A stretch of 64,000 nucleotides of DNA from Octopus bimaculoides. Lineage: Eukaryota. Position 1 is the stretch's first letter. Every line of letters starts with the position of its first letter. Positions 63,920 through 64,000 of the stretch are shown here, in pieces. A program made the translations under genes and the position numbers. The notes under the pieces were generated by a model. That model did not search any database. It saw nothing but the letters and a program-made list of their open reading frames with translations, and was not told where the DNA came from. The DNA lies in the NCBI RefSeq assembly GCF_001194135.2, contig NC_068988.1:91328725-91392724 (forward strand), read 5' to 3'.

Positions 63920-64000
63920 ACACATGTGTATGTGTGAATGAACTTTGTGTCTCTTGATGCAGGAAGAATTCAGCAGTATGCTAACAGGAGTGGTGGTCTT

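Overview
AT-rich, repeat-saturated eukaryotic DNA from a gapped draft assembly (13 N-runs, nearly all flanked by microsatellites). The SINE families, microsatellite spectrum and TTAGGG motifs best fit a cephalopod (octopus-like) genome; this is an inference. I found no intact protein-coding gene, rRNA, tRNA or CRISPR array, and most long ORFs in the track are microsatellite or N-gap artefacts. The content is layered mobile DNA: Tx1-like (L1-group) LINE pieces at five loci, three restriction-like-endonuclease (R4/Dong-type) LINE pieces, one old APE+RT LINE, about 30 tRNA-derived SINE copies (four families, given local labels A-D), a non-autonomous Helitron, Tc1/mariner relics, piggyBac-like and Merlin-like MITEs, and a Penelope-like inverted fragment. 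Best leads, all from manual reading and needing computational confirmation: (1) collinear, stop-riddled exon-like pieces on the minus strand that resemble a HECT E3 ligase C-terminus (21.6-23.1 kb), with ankyrin-like pieces upstream (30.5-31.4 kb), suggesting a decayed ANK+HECT gene; (2) two unrelated fold-back MITEs with telomeric-repeat cores; (3) a 78-bp-arm Penelope-type hairpin carrying a degenerate hammerhead core.
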